Below are positions 8,701-18,564 of a stretch of DNA of 64,000 nucleotides, piece by piece. The notes under the pieces are model-generated. The model saw only the letters and a program-made list of their open reading frames with translations, did not search any database and was not told where the DNA came from. Both the position numbers and the translations under genes were made by a program. How positions within the stretch are numbered: position 1 is the first letter of the stretch; each line of letters begins with the position of its first letter. The DNA is taken from the NCBI GenBank assembly GCA_964630695.1, contig CAZVYZ010000004.1, positions 2,787-66,786 on the forward strand, in the 5' to 3' direction. Origin of the DNA: an uncultured Ruminococcus sp. Lineage in GTDB: Bacteria > Bacillota > Clostridia > Oscillospirales > CAG-272.

Positions 8701-10389
8701 TCACTTCAACGTTTCCATCATCCGCGCAATGCGGGCTTTGACCCGTTCGGGTCCCATGACCTGCATCACGGCATACATATCGGGGGAATTCAGCCGCCCC
8801 GTAACGGCAACACGCAAAAACATACTCACGTCGGCAACGCTTCCGCGATAAGCGGCAGGGTCAGCCTTATACACTTTCATATCGGACGCATATCCGATGG
8901 ATTCCGCCACCGCCTTGATCTTATCGAACCAGACATTCATGTCGTCGGCGGGGTCATAGGAGACGAGGAAGCGCTCCAGTGCCGCGCGGATGTCGGCGCG
9001 GTCAAACTGTTCCGCATAAGCATCCTGAACCGTAAACAGGCTGTCATAGAAGAAATCCATATAGCCCTTGACATCCGCCCAAGTTGCAAAGTCCTTGCGG
9101 GGCTTTTTGCCGCCGCGACCGATGGCAAAAATTGCTTTTGCATAGTCGGGGTCGGAATCCAGTAACTGACCGAATGCGGGGTCAAACTGCCGCGCCCATG
9201 CGCTTGCCTGCCCGTAAACTTCCTCTGCTGTCATGCGGGAGATGACGTTTTTGCTGACGTCGTTCAGTTTGTTGAAATCAAACAGGCACCCCGAAGAACT
9301 CATTTTTTTGACGTTGAACGGGAATTCGGTGTAGGGCTTGTCCGGATTCTGCGAATGCCATTCCTCGTAGTTGGAATTGAGCAGGGTCATGATATACTCG
9401 CAAACGCAGGCGGGAGCGTAGCCCATGCGGCTGTAGTCATCCATGTTCGCGCCCATATCGCGCTTGGAGAGTTTCTTCTTGTTACCGTTCTCGTCAAGCC
9501 GCATAATCTGCGCGATATGCAGATATTTCGGCAGACGGAAACCGAGATAACGGAACAGCATCAGGTGCTTGGCAAGGCTCGGGAGCCATTCCTCACCGCG
9601 GATGACGTGCGTAGTGCCCATCAGATGGTCGTCCACCGCGTGGGCGAAATGGTAGGTCGGAATGCCGTCGCTCTTGAGCAGGACGAAATCCTCGTCGTTT
9701 TCGGGGATTTCCAACTTTCCCTTGATGAGGTCGGTAAAGGGAATCTTCTTTTCGGGGTTGCCGTCCGCAAGCAGACGCAGGACAAACGGGTCACCGTTTT
9801 GCAGATGCCCTTTGACTTCTTCCAATGTAAACTGCCGCTGTTTTGCCTGTTCTTCGGCGCGGTTTTCACTCTCGTTTCCCCAATCGCGGGCTTTGATTTC
9901 CGCTTTCTTGTCGAGGGCGTTCAGTGCTTCCAGTTCCTCTTTGGTGGTGAAAACGGGGTAGGCAAGACCGCGTTTCACAAGGTCCTTGGCAAAGACGTGG
10001 TAAATCGGTCCGCGCGCGCTCTGCTTATAAGGACCGTATGCGCCTTTGTCGGTAACGGTTCCGTCCTCACCGAGAATCGCGCCCTCGTCAAAGTGAATCC
10101 CGTAGTGTGCCAAGGTGCGAATCAGCCCCTCCGCAGCCCCCGGGACTTCGCGTTTTGCGTCGGTGTCTTCAATCCGCAGATAGAACACGCCGCCCGATTG
10201 GTGCGCCAGACGTTCCCCGATGGTGGAGGGGAACAGACCTCCGAAATGCACGAATCCCGTGGGACTCGGGGCAAAGCGGGTCACTTTGGCACCCTCGGGA
10301 AGATTCCGCGGCGGGTATTTTGCTTCCATATCCGCAGGTGTTTCGGTTACGTTCGGGAACAGCAGTTCCGCCAATGCTTCAAAATCCAT
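8701..10389 (-). CDS. gltX: Glutamyl-tRNA synthetase (long form, 562 aa)
   Basis: RFAPSPTGFVHFGG and KLSKRD motifs are present. The start was chosen at MDFEALAELL, which has an AAGGA ribosome-binding site and avoids overlap with the neighbouring gene. The ORF opens at 10464. Confidence 0.85.
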   Translation of the reverse strand: MDFEALAELLFPNVTETPADMEAKYPPRNLPEGAKVTRFAPSPTGFVHFGGLFPSTIGERLAHQSGGVFYLRIEDTDAKREVPGAAEGLIRTLAHYGIHFDEGAILGEDGTVTDKGAYGPYKQSARGPIYHVFAKDLVKRGLAYPVFTTKEELEALNALDKKAEIKARDWGNESENRAEEQAKQRQFTLEEVKGHLQNGDPFVLRLLADGNPEKKIPFTDLIKGKLEIPENDEDFVLLKSDGIPTYHFAHAVDDHLMGTTHVIRGEEWLPSLAKHLMLFRYLGFRLPKYLHIAQIMRLDENGNKKKLSKRDMGANMDDYSRMGYAPACVCEYIMTLLNSNYEEWHSQNPDKPYTEFPFNVKKMSSSGCLFDFNKLNDVSKNVISRMTAEEVYGQASAWARQFDPAFGQLLDSDPDYAKAIFAIGRGGKKPRKDFATWADVKGYMDFFYDSLFTVQDAYAEQFDRADIRAALERFLVSYDPADDMNVWFDKIKAVAESIGYASDMKVYKADPAAYRGSVADVSMFLRVAVTGRLNSPDMYAVMQVMGPERVKARIARMMETLK

Positions 10390-10405
10390 AGTTGTGGTTT
10401 CCTTT

Positions 10406-11032
10406 TCATTCATCTGTAATTCCGATTGCCGCAAGCGCATCGCCGAGCCTTGCGGATTCTCCATGCCCGGGGTAAATCATGATGTCGGGCGGAAGTGTTG
10501 CCAACCGACCGAGCGACGCGCGCAAATCCGCACCGTTTCCGCTGTAGAGGTCGGTTCGACCGTAGTTCTCGGCAAACAGGGTGTCTCCCGTCAGCAAATC
10601 GCACCCGTCGTTTATCAGAAAGCAGGCACTGCCTGCAGTATGCCCCGGGGTGTGCAGGACCGTGACCGTCTCGGAGCCGATTGCAATGCGGTCACCGTCC
10701 CGAAACGTGTCCTCCGGTGTTCTCCAAACGCGCCGCTGTCGGAAGAACGCTTCAAACGCGTTTTTGCGCGCGTCGGAGGGGAGGTCCAAGTCATTTTCGT
10801 GAATGCCCGCGCGGACACCCGTCCGGTCGCGCAGGGTGTCGAGCGACAGAATGTGGTCGAAATGCCCATGCGTCAGAAGAATCCGCGAAATATCCGCGCG
10901 CTCATCTCGGAGCGCGTCCAGAATCGTATCGGCATCGGGACTCGGATCCACGACCGCCGCCGCGCCGTCGCGTGCAATGAGCAGGTAGCAGTTTGCACCG
11001 AACGACCCCGGGTAAAGCCTGTGAATTCGCAT
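10406..11032 (-). CDS. MBL-fold metallo-hydrolase
   Basis: An HGHFDH metal-binding motif is present in a 208-aa protein. Confidence 0.75.
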   Translation of the reverse strand: MRIHRLYPGSFGANCYLLIARDGAAAVVDPSPDADTILDALRDERADISRILLTHGHFDHILSLDTLRDRTGVRAGIHENDLDLPSDARKNAFEAFFRQRRVWRTPEDTFRDGDRIAIGSETVTVLHTPGHTAGSACFLINDGCDLLTGDTLFAENYGRTDLYSGNGADLRASLGRLATLPPDIMIYPGHGESARLGDALAAIGITDE

Positions 11033-11170
11033 ACGGAACCTCCTTTCCGAATATCCATTCTATTATACACTATTTTCGTGCTTTTTTCAAGGGGAATGTG
11101 ACAAAAAACAGAAAAAGGCGCAACGTCTTTCAAGCAAAACGGACTTTTTCCGATATTTTCATTTTAACTC

Positions 11171-11200
11171 TTGACTTTTGCCCCCGAATTGGTGTATAAT
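11171..11200 (+). promoter_or_regulatory. Promoter of the aromatic amino acid operon
   Basis: TTGACT (11171..11176), an 18-nt spacer and TATAAT (11195..11200). Confidence 0.55.
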
Positions 11201-11236
11201 GATAAACTGAAGTATTATTTGCTTTGAGGTGGCGCC

Positions 11237-12457
11237 ATGAATGAGACGATGAGAAAACTCGGGGCGGAGCGTTCCGCAATCCGTGAACTGTTTGAATACG
11301 GAAAGAAGCGAAGCGCTGAGATAGGCGCGGACCGCGTGTTTGACTTCAGCATCGGAAATCCGAGCGTTCCGACGCCGCCTGCCGTCACCGATGCGTTGAC
11401 CCGTCTATTGCGGGAATCCGACCCGACCGGACTTCACGGCTACACCTCCGCGCAGGGGGACCCCGACGCACGGCGCGCGATTGCCGCGCATCTGAACCGT
11501 ACTTACGGTGCCGATGCAGACCCCGACCGGATTTATCTCACGGCGGGTGCGGCAGCATCGCTGACCGTCAGTCTGAATGCGCTTCTGAATGCGGGGGACG
11601 AGGTCATTCTGTTGGCTCCGTTCTTTCCCGAATACCGCGTGTTCGTCGAGCGCGCAGGTGGGCGGGTCAAGGTCGTTCAGCCCGACTCCGAGACTTTTCT
11701 GCCGGATTTCGACGCGCTGGAGGCGGCAATCGGAGAGCGCACCCGCGCGCTGATTCTCAACTCGCCCAACAACCCGAGCGGTGCGATTCTGTCCGAGGAC
11801 GGCTTGCGGCGGCTTTGCGGGATTCTGGATGCCGCGCAGAAACGGTACGGGCATCCCGTGTGGTTGCTGTCGGACGAGCCTTACCGCGAGTTGGTCTGGG
11901 ACGGGAGCCGGATTCCGTTCGTCACGCAGTTCTACGGGAACAGTCTGGTGCTGTATTCCTACAGCAAGTCGCTCTCGCTCCCGGGGGAGCGCATCGGATA
12001 TATTCTGGTCTCCTCCCGCGCGCAGGACGCAAAGGGAATATACGAAGCAATCTGCGGGGCAGGGCGGGCGCTCGGATTCGTCTGTGCGCCGTCGCTGTTT
12101 CAGCATCTGCTGCCGGCATGTGCGGGACTATGCGCCGATTTCTCGGTCTACCGCACCAACCGCGCACTGTTGTACGAGGGCTTGACGGCGCTCGGCTTTG
12201 AGGCAGTCCGACCGCAGGGGGCGTTCTACCTGTTCCTGCGCGCACCCGAACCCGATGCAAAGCAATTTGCGGAGCGGGCAAAGGCGCACGAATTGCTGTT
12301 GGTCCCGTCCGACAGTTTCGGCATGGGCGGATATGTCCGCATTTCCTACTGCGTGCCGACCGAACGAATCCGCGGCGCACTTCCCGCGTTTGCGGAACTT
12401 GCGAGAATCTATAAACTGAAGCCGAAACTGAAACCGACCGAGGAAAAAAGAATATGA
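11237..12457 (+). CDS. Class I/II PLP-dependent aminotransferase (aromatic/aspartate type)
   Basis: The PLP-lysine context YSYSKSLSLPGERIGY and the NSPNNPSG motif are present. The gene leads the aro/phe/tyr cluster. Confidence 0.8.
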   Translation: MNETMRKLGAERSAIRELFEYGKKRSAEIGADRVFDFSIGNPSVPTPPAVTDALTRLLRESDPTGLHGYTSAQGDPDARRAIAAHLNRTYGADADPDRIYLTAGAAASLTVSLNALLNAGDEVILLAPFFPEYRVFVERAGGRVKVVQPDSETFLPDFDALEAAIGERTRALILNSPNNPSGAILSEDGLRRLCGILDAAQKRYGHPVWLLSDEPYRELVWDGSRIPFVTQFYGNSLVLYSYSKSLSLPGERIGYILVSSRAQDAKGIYEAICGAGRALGFVCAPSLFQHLLPACAGLCADFSVYRTNRALLYEGLTALGFEAVRPQGAFYLFLRAPEPDAKQFAERAKAHELLLVPSDSFGMGGYVRISYCVPTERIRGALPAFAELARIYKLKPKLKPTEEKRI

Positions 12458-13530
12458 ACACATTGGAAGAAGCAAGAGAGACAATCAACCGCGTGGACAG
12501 CGAAATGGCGAAACTGTTCACCGAACGGATGCGCGCCGCAGAGCAGGTCGCGGCTTACAAAAAGGAACACGGTCTGCCGATTACCGACGCGGAGCGGGAA
12601 GCGACCGTTGTCAGACACGGAGCAGAGAAAGTCGAGGACCCGATTCTGCGGGAGTATTATGTCCGTTTCATTCAGGAGACCATGGCGCTCTCCCGCGCGT
12701 ATCAGACCCGACTGCTCAACGGAATGCGGGTTTCCTACAGCGGGACCGAGGGGGCTTTTGCCCACATCGCAACGGAAAAACTCTTTCCGAGCGCCGAAAA
12801 AATCGGATTTCCGGATTTTGAAAGCGCTTACCGCGCGGTCGAGAGCGGAGACTGCGACGCGGCGGTCCTGCCCGTAGAGAACAGCACCAACGGCGAGGTG
12901 GGACAGGTGATGGACCTGATGTTTTCGGGCGGACTCTTCATCAACCGGATGTTGGACCTGCCCGTCACGCAGGATTTGCTCGCCAAACGCGGAACGGCGA
13001 TTGAGGAGATTCGGACGGTCATCAGTCACCCGCAGGCGCTCGGGCAATGCGCCGCACGGATTCGCGAAATGGGGTGGCAGACCGAGGAATATCCGAATAC
13101 CGCATTGGCGGCAAAATTTGTGGCGGGAACCAATGACCGCACGGTTGCGGCAATTGCAAGCGCCGAGGCGGCAGAGCGGTTCGGTCTTGCCGTACTGGAG
13201 CGGAATCTGAATGCAAGTCGCAGTAACACCACGCGGTTCGCGGTCTTTACAAGAGCCGAGAACACGCAGAGTAAGGGGACCTGCTCGGCGCTGATGTTCA
13301 CGGTCCGCAACGAGGCGGGCGCACTGGCGCGGGCGGTCGACGTCATCGGTCACTACGGATTCAATATGCGGACCCTGCGCAGTCGTCCCATGAAAGAACT
13401 GCTCTGGCAGTATTACTTCTACGTGGAGGCGGAGGGGGATTTGCACACGCCCGACGGGCAGAATATGCTCCGTGCGCTGTCGGTCTTTTGTGATAAACTG
13501 AAGCCGGTCGGCTGTTATACCGTTTCGTAA
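12454..13530 (+). CDS. pheA: Bifunctional chorismate mutase / prephenate dehydratase
   Basis: The N-terminal chorismate mutase helix (INRVDSEMAKLFTERMR) is followed by a prephenate dehydratase domain with a TRF motif (NTTRFAV) and a C-terminal ACT-like region. Confidence 0.85.
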   Translation: MNTLEEARETINRVDSEMAKLFTERMRAAEQVAAYKKEHGLPITDAEREATVVRHGAEKVEDPILREYYVRFIQETMALSRAYQTRLLNGMRVSYSGTEGAFAHIATEKLFPSAEKIGFPDFESAYRAVESGDCDAAVLPVENSTNGEVGQVMDLMFSGGLFINRMLDLPVTQDLLAKRGTAIEEIRTVISHPQALGQCAARIREMGWQTEEYPNTALAAKFVAGTNDRTVAAIASAEAAERFGLAVLERNLNASRSNTTRFAVFTRAENTQSKGTCSALMFTVRNEAGALARAVDVIGHYGFNMRTLRSRPMKELLWQYYFYVEAEGDLHTPDGQNMLRALSVFCDKLKPVGCYTVS

Positions 13531-13545
13531 GGAGGAGCCGTGAAA

Positions 13546-14568
13546 ATGCGGACAGAACTTGGCGACAGAAGTTATGAAATCACGGTGGAATCGGGGTCCC
13601 TCAGCCGCGCGGGGGAACGGATGCACCTTTCCCGCCGCGTGCTGATTGTCACCGATTCGGGCGTGCCGACGGAATATGTGCAGACGGTTGCCGCGCAATG
13701 CGCCGCGCCGACGGTCGTAACCGTCCCCGCAGGTGAGGATAGCAAGAACCTGACGATGTTCGGGACCCTGCTCTCCCGCATGCTTGCGGAAAACTTCACC
13801 CGAACCGACTGCGTGGTTGCGGTCGGCGGCGGCGTGGTCGGGGACCTCTCGGGATTCGCGGCGGCGTGCTATATGCGCGGGATTGACTTTTACAATATCC
13901 CAACCACACTGCTCGCGCAGGTGGACTCCTCCGTCGGGGGCAAGACTGCGGTCAATCTAGACGGCGTCAAGAACTGCGTGGGAACGTTCTGGCAGCCGCG
14001 GGCGGTCCTGATTGACCCTGCAACGCTTGCAACCCTGCCAAAGCGGCAGATTGCAAACGGTATGGCGGAAGTGGTAAAGATGGCGCTGACCTCGGATGCG
14101 GAACTGTTCGGGATGCTGGAGGCGGGACTTGCCGACACCGAAACGGTGATTACGCGCTCCCTGCAAATCAAAAAAGCCGTTGTGGAAGCGGACGAGCGGG
14201 AGGGCGGACTTCGGCGCGTGCTGAACTTCGGACATACGCTCGGACACGGAATCGAAAGTGCGGCGGGATTGCACGGTCTGCTTCACGGCGAGTGTGTGGC
14301 GCTCGGAATGCTCCCGCTCTGCGCCCCCGAGGTGCGGGCGCGGCTGTTGCCGTTGTTGAAGCGGCTCGGACTTCCGACGGTCCTGCCGGTCCCAACCGAA
14401 ACGGTCCTTGGGGCAGTTTGTCATGACAAAAAATGCGACGGCGGAGCGGTTTCCTATGTTTACGTTCCGCGCGTCGGAGAATACGAATTCCGGCGGGCGG
14501 ACATCGGTGCTTTTTGCAATGCCGTGCGACCGTCGCTGGAAGCGATGCGGAAAGGAGACGCGGAATGA
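13546..14568 (+). CDS. aroB: 3-dehydroquinate synthase
   Basis: GGGVVGDLSGFAA, GGKTAVN and the HTLGHGIE...HGECVALG metal site are present. The ATG at 13546 lies 8 nt after GGAGGAG. The ORF opens with GTG at 13540. Confidence 0.9.
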   Translation: MRTELGDRSYEITVESGSLSRAGERMHLSRRVLIVTDSGVPTEYVQTVAAQCAAPTVVTVPAGEDSKNLTMFGTLLSRMLAENFTRTDCVVAVGGGVVGDLSGFAAACYMRGIDFYNIPTTLLAQVDSSVGGKTAVNLDGVKNCVGTFWQPRAVLIDPATLATLPKRQIANGMAEVVKMALTSDAELFGMLEAGLADTETVITRSLQIKKAVVEADEREGGLRRVLNFGHTLGHGIESAAGLHGLLHGECVALGMLPLCAPEVRARLLPLLKRLGLPTVLPVPTETVLGAVCHDKKCDGGAVSYVYVPRVGEYEFRRADIGAFCNAVRPSLEAMRKGDAE

Positions 14569-15656
14569 AAAATACGTTCGGTCAACAGGTGACGGTCACA
14601 CTGTTTGGGGAGAGTCACGGCCCCGAAATCGGCGCGGTGCTGGACGGCATCGCCCCGGGAATTCCCGTGGATGAAGACTTCATTTGCCATCGACTCTCCC
14701 TGCGCCGTCCTGCGGGGGACGGGCTTTCCACCGCACGCGCCGAGAGCGATTCGTTCCGCATTGTCAGCGGCGTATTTGAGGGAAAGACCACCGGAACGCC
14801 GCTTGGCCTCTTGATTCCGAACCAAGATACCCGCAGTCGCGACTATGACCGCGGCATGGCGCGCCCGGGACACGCGGACTACACGGCGGAATGCAAGTAT
14901 CACGGGTTTCAGGACTATCGTGGCGGCGGGCATTTTTCGGGACGTCTGACCGCACCGTTGGTTGCGGTCGGTGCAATTCTCCTGTCGGCACTGTCAAAAA
15001 AAGAAATTACAATCGGGACACATATCGCGTCACTCGCGGGCATTCCGGACCGCCCGCTTGCCGCCGACCCGACAGCCGACCTGAACGCACTGAACGAAAC
15101 ACGCTTTCCGGTTCTGGACGGCATGGCGGCGGAGCGCATGAAGAATGCCATCCGTGCCGCTGCGGCGGACGGGGACAGTGTGGGCGGAATCCTCGAAACC
15201 GCCGTTGTCGGAATGCCGGCGGGGGTCGGGGAGCCGTGGTTTGACACGGTGGAGGGATTGCTTTCGCACGCGCTGTTCGGAATTCCCGCCGTTAAGGGTG
15301 TGGAGTTCGGCGCGGGATTCGGGTTTGCAACCCTGCGCGGGTCAGAGGCAAACGACGGAATGCGCATCGCGGACGGTCGTGTGGTCCATACGACCAACCG
15401 CAACGGCGGCATCTGCGGCGGCATCACGAACGGCGCGCCGCTCCTGTTCCGCTGTGCGGTCAAACCCACGCCGTCCATCGCACGGGAGCAGGAAAGCATT
15501 GACCTCGGAATGCGGGAAAACGTGCAACTGGCAATCAAGGGCAGACATGACCCCGCAATCATCCATCGTGCACGGGCGGTTGTGGACAGCGTGACCGCGT
15601 TGGTCCTTGCCGACCTCCTCACCGTGCGGTTCGGAACCGACTTTCTGGCGCCGTAA
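14565..15656 (+). CDS. aroC: Chorismate synthase
   Basis: The protein begins MKNTFGQQVTVTLFGESHGPEIG. Its start overlaps the aroB stop (ATGA). The upstream part of the ORF (14433..14564) lies inside aroB. Confidence 0.9.
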   Translation: MKNTFGQQVTVTLFGESHGPEIGAVLDGIAPGIPVDEDFICHRLSLRRPAGDGLSTARAESDSFRIVSGVFEGKTTGTPLGLLIPNQDTRSRDYDRGMARPGHADYTAECKYHGFQDYRGGGHFSGRLTAPLVAVGAILLSALSKKEITIGTHIASLAGIPDRPLAADPTADLNALNETRFPVLDGMAAERMKNAIRAAAADGDSVGGILETAVVGMPAGVGEPWFDTVEGLLSHALFGIPAVKGVEFGAGFGFATLRGSEANDGMRIADGRVVHTTNRNGGICGGITNGAPLLFRCAVKPTPSIAREQESIDLGMRENVQLAIKGRHDPAIIHRARAVVDSVTALVLADLLTVRFGTDFLAP

Positions 15657-15670
15657 AGGAGGCTGATGCA

Positions 15671-16918
15671 ATGCAATACGGATGTATCGGGGAAAAACTG
15701 GGACACAGTTTTTCGGCACAGATCCACGCCATGCTGAACAGCCACCCCTATGAATTGCGGGAACTTACGCGAGAGGACCTGCCCGGGTTTCTGCAAAAAA
15801 AGGACTTTCGCGGCATCAATGTCACAATCCCTTATAAGCAGGCGGTAATCCCGTTTCTCGATGCGATTGACCCCATGGCGCAGGAGATTGGCGCGGTCAA
15901 CACGATCGTTAATCGGGACGGCAGGCTCTGCGGCTTTAACACCGACTTTTACGGACTGAAAACACTTCTGGAAGCAATCGGCGTACCCTTGCAGGGCAAG
16001 ACAGTTGCAATCCTCGGCACGGGCGGAACCTCACTGACTGCGCGTGCGGTTGCAAAGGCGATGGGGGCTGCGGATATTCTGCGGGTCAGCCGCAGAGCAG
16101 GGGTGGACCGCATTCCCTATGAGGACTTCTACCGCGGCCATGCCGCACAGGTGCAGATTCTCATCAACACGACACCGGTCGGGATGTACCCCAACACCGA
16201 CGGCTGTCCTGCGGATTTTGACCGTTTGCCTGCGTTGGAAGCGGTAGCGGACCCCATCTATAATCCGCTCCGCTCCAATCTGATTCTGGGGGCGCGGGCG
16301 CGCCGCATTCCCGCACAGGGCGGACTTCTGATGCTGACCGCGCAGGCGGTGCGCGCGTCGGAAATCTTCACGGGACAAGTCTATCCTGCGGGAACGGCAG
16401 AACGCATTTGCGCACTGCTGACCGAACAAAAAGAGAACCTTATCCTCTCGGGAATGCCCGCAAGCGGAAAAACCACGGTCGGGCGTTTGCTGGCACGGAA
16501 AACCGGCAGACCGTTCCTTGATTTGGACGATGAAATCACGCGGCGGCGCGGCAAAACACCCGCGGAACGGATTGCCGAGGAGGGGGAAGCGGCATTTCGC
16601 GATACCGAGACCGCTGTCCTGCGCGAGGTTCTGGCGGGGCTTTCGGGCGCCGTTCTGGCGCTCGGCGGCGGAACGGTTCTGCGGGACGAAAACGTCGGAA
16701 TGCTCCGTCAGAACGGGAAAATCTTCTTTCTTGACCGTCCCGTGGCGGACCTGATGCCGACCTCCGACCGTCCGCTTTCCGCTACGCGCGAGGCTTTGGA
16801 GAAGCGGTATGCGGAGCGCATTGACCGCTATCTTGCCACGGCGGACCTCCGCGTCTCGGGGTTCAGAACGCCCGAGGAAGCGGCGGAAATCATCGAAAGG
16901 AGCCGAAAAACGGTATGA
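15671..16918 (+). CDS. aroE-aroK: Fused shikimate dehydrogenase / shikimate kinase
   Basis: The N-terminal AroE-like part shows GEKLGHSFS and a GTGGTS NAD(P) site. The C-terminal P-loop GMPASGKTTVGRLLA is followed by FLDLDDEI. Confidence 0.85.
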   Translation: MQYGCIGEKLGHSFSAQIHAMLNSHPYELRELTREDLPGFLQKKDFRGINVTIPYKQAVIPFLDAIDPMAQEIGAVNTIVNRDGRLCGFNTDFYGLKTLLEAIGVPLQGKTVAILGTGGTSLTARAVAKAMGAADILRVSRRAGVDRIPYEDFYRGHAAQVQILINTTPVGMYPNTDGCPADFDRLPALEAVADPIYNPLRSNLILGARARRIPAQGGLLMLTAQAVRASEIFTGQVYPAGTAERICALLTEQKENLILSGMPASGKTTVGRLLARKTGRPFLDLDDEITRRRGKTPAERIAEEGEAAFRDTETAVLREVLAGLSGAVLALGGGTVLRDENVGMLRQNGKIFFLDRPVADLMPTSDRPLSATREALEKRYAERIDRYLATADLRVSGFRTPEEAAEIIERSRKTV

Positions 16919-17349
16919 AACTGTATGTTCTGAACGGACCGAATCTGAATCTGCTCGGTGTGCGGGAGCCGGACCAATACGGTTCCGAAAGTTTTACGCA
17001 TCTGAACGAGCGGATTGCAAAACACTGCGCGGAGCGGGGAATTGAAGTGATTCAGAAACAATCCAATCACGAGGGGGATTTGGTGGATTGGATACAGGAA
17101 GCCTATTTTGCGCACGCGGACGGGCTTATCATCAACCCCGGGGCGTACACGCACACGAGCATCGCGCTTCTTGACGCGCTCAAGGCAACGAAGTTGCGGG
17201 CGGTTGAAATCCATATTTCCAAGGTGGAGGAGCGCGAGGCATTCCGACAGGTCAGTTACCTGCGCGCCGCCTGCGAAAAGACGATTACGGGACACGGGAC
17301 CGACGGTTATCTGGAAGCGATTGATTATCTGGCGGGGGACCGCACATGA
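16915..17349 (+). CDS. aroQ: Type II 3-dehydroquinate dehydratase
   Basis: LNGPNLNLLG.REP..YG, QSNHEG and INPGAYTHTS motifs are present. Confidence 0.9.
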   Translation: MKLYVLNGPNLNLLGVREPDQYGSESFTHLNERIAKHCAERGIEVIQKQSNHEGDLVDWIQEAYFAHADGLIINPGAYTHTSIALLDALKATKLRAVEIHISKVEEREAFRQVSYLRAACEKTITGHGTDGYLEAIDYLAGDRT

Positions 17350-18554
17350 GAGTACGGGTTCATGCGGGACGCGCGGCGGGCGAGGTCCGTGTTCCGCCCT
17401 CCAAAAGCATTGCGCACCGGATGCTGATTTGCGCCGGACTTGCCGACGGGGTCAGCGTTATCCGACGCGCAGGGGATTGCGAGGACGTTCTCGCAACGCT
17501 GGACTGTCTTTCTCTGCTCGGCGCGGACTGCCGGCGGGAGGGGGATGCGGTAACGGTTCGCGGCGGACTGCTCCGCGCGGCACCGACCGGAGTGCTCCCT
17601 TGCCGCGAAAGCGGGAGTACCCTGCGCTTTCTCATCCCGCTTGCGCTGACGGCGGATTTCCCCGTTGTCTTTACAGGCTACGGACGGCTTCCCGAGCGCC
17701 CGCAGACCGTCTATGAAACAATCTGCGCCGAGCAGGGACTGACGTTGATACGCGAGGGGCAGACACTCCGCGTCTGCGGTCCGCTCCGCGGCGGCGATTT
17801 CCGCGTGGCGGGGAATATCAGCAGTCAGTTCATTACGGGACTGCTGTTCGCCCTGCCGATGCTTCCGGAGCCGAGCAGAATCACCCTGCTTCCGCCCGTG
17901 GAAAGCCGCTCCTATATCGACCTGACGTTGGACGTACTCAAAACGTTCGGCATTCGCGCAGAATGGGAGAGCGAAACCACGCTTGCCGTGCCGTGCGGAC
18001 AGCACTTCACTCCGTGTGACTGCGAGGCGGAGGGCGACTTCTCGGCAGGAGCATTTTGGGAAGCGCTCGGACGTATGGGAGACAATCGGATTCGGGTTCC
18101 AAACCTGAACCCGCACTCCCGACAGGGGGACCGCGTTTGCACGGCGTACCTCGATGCACTCCGTGACGGTCCCGCGAGACTTTCGCTTGCCGACTGCCCC
18201 GACCTCGGTCCGATGCTCTTTGCCTATGCCGCGGCGATGCACGGCGGGACTTTTACCGAGGTCGGACGTCTGCGCATCAAGGAAAGCGACCGTATCGGCG
18301 CGATGCGCGAAGAACTTGCAAAATGCGGCGCGGAACTGACCGACCTCGGCAACACCGTAACCGTCAGGGGCGGGGCATTACACGCGCCGTCAATCGACTT
18401 TGACGGACACGGCGACCATCGGATTGTCATGGCACTGGCAGTCCTCGCAACGCGCACAGGCGGCGAAATAGAGGGCGCCGAAGCCGTGCGGAAAAGTTAT
18501 CCGTCCTTTTGGGAGGACCTCGGCGCGCTCGGAATCCGCTGTAAGATAATATAA
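17346..18554 (+). CDS. aroA: 3-phosphoshikimate 1-carboxyvinyltransferase (EPSP synthase)
   Basis: PPSKSIAHR is present, the protein is 402 aa, and the gene sits within the aro cluster. Confidence 0.9.
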   Translation: MRVRVHAGRAAGEVRVPPSKSIAHRMLICAGLADGVSVIRRAGDCEDVLATLDCLSLLGADCRREGDAVTVRGGLLRAAPTGVLPCRESGSTLRFLIPLALTADFPVVFTGYGRLPERPQTVYETICAEQGLTLIREGQTLRVCGPLRGGDFRVAGNISSQFITGLLFALPMLPEPSRITLLPPVESRSYIDLTLDVLKTFGIRAEWESETTLAVPCGQHFTPCDCEAEGDFSAGAFWEALGRMGDNRIRVPNLNPHSRQGDRVCTAYLDALRDGPARLSLADCPDLGPMLFAYAAAMHGGTFTEVGRLRIKESDRIGAMREELAKCGAELTDLGNTVTVRGGALHAPSIDFDGHGDHRIVMALAVLATRTGGEIEGAEAVRKSYPSFWEDLGALGIRCKII

Positions 18555-18564
18555 GGAAACAATT

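Noticed and set aside
7069-9165. A 698-aa ORF on the plus strand.
   Set aside because: It lies entirely antisense to glnS and gltX, which have clear synthetase motifs. The translation is low-complexity and Arg/Val/Gly-rich. It is a typical shadow ORF of a GC-rich third-position genome.
11033-11236. A T-box or attenuator leader upstream of the aromatic amino acid operon.
   Set aside because: The promoter at 11171..11200 leaves a leader of only about 35 nt. No specifier-loop or antiterminator-like structure is visible.
14433-14564. N-terminal extensions offered by the ORF track for aroC, with the same issue at 31142..31282, 41615..41932, 40155..40217, 49882..49926, 50981..51013, 56319..56402, 27230..27271, 27924..27968 and 10390..10464.
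   Set aside because: The extensions overlap the preceding gene, a tRNA or a terminator, and they lack ribosome-binding sites. Internal starts with Shine-Dalgarno sequences reproduce the canonical family N-termini.
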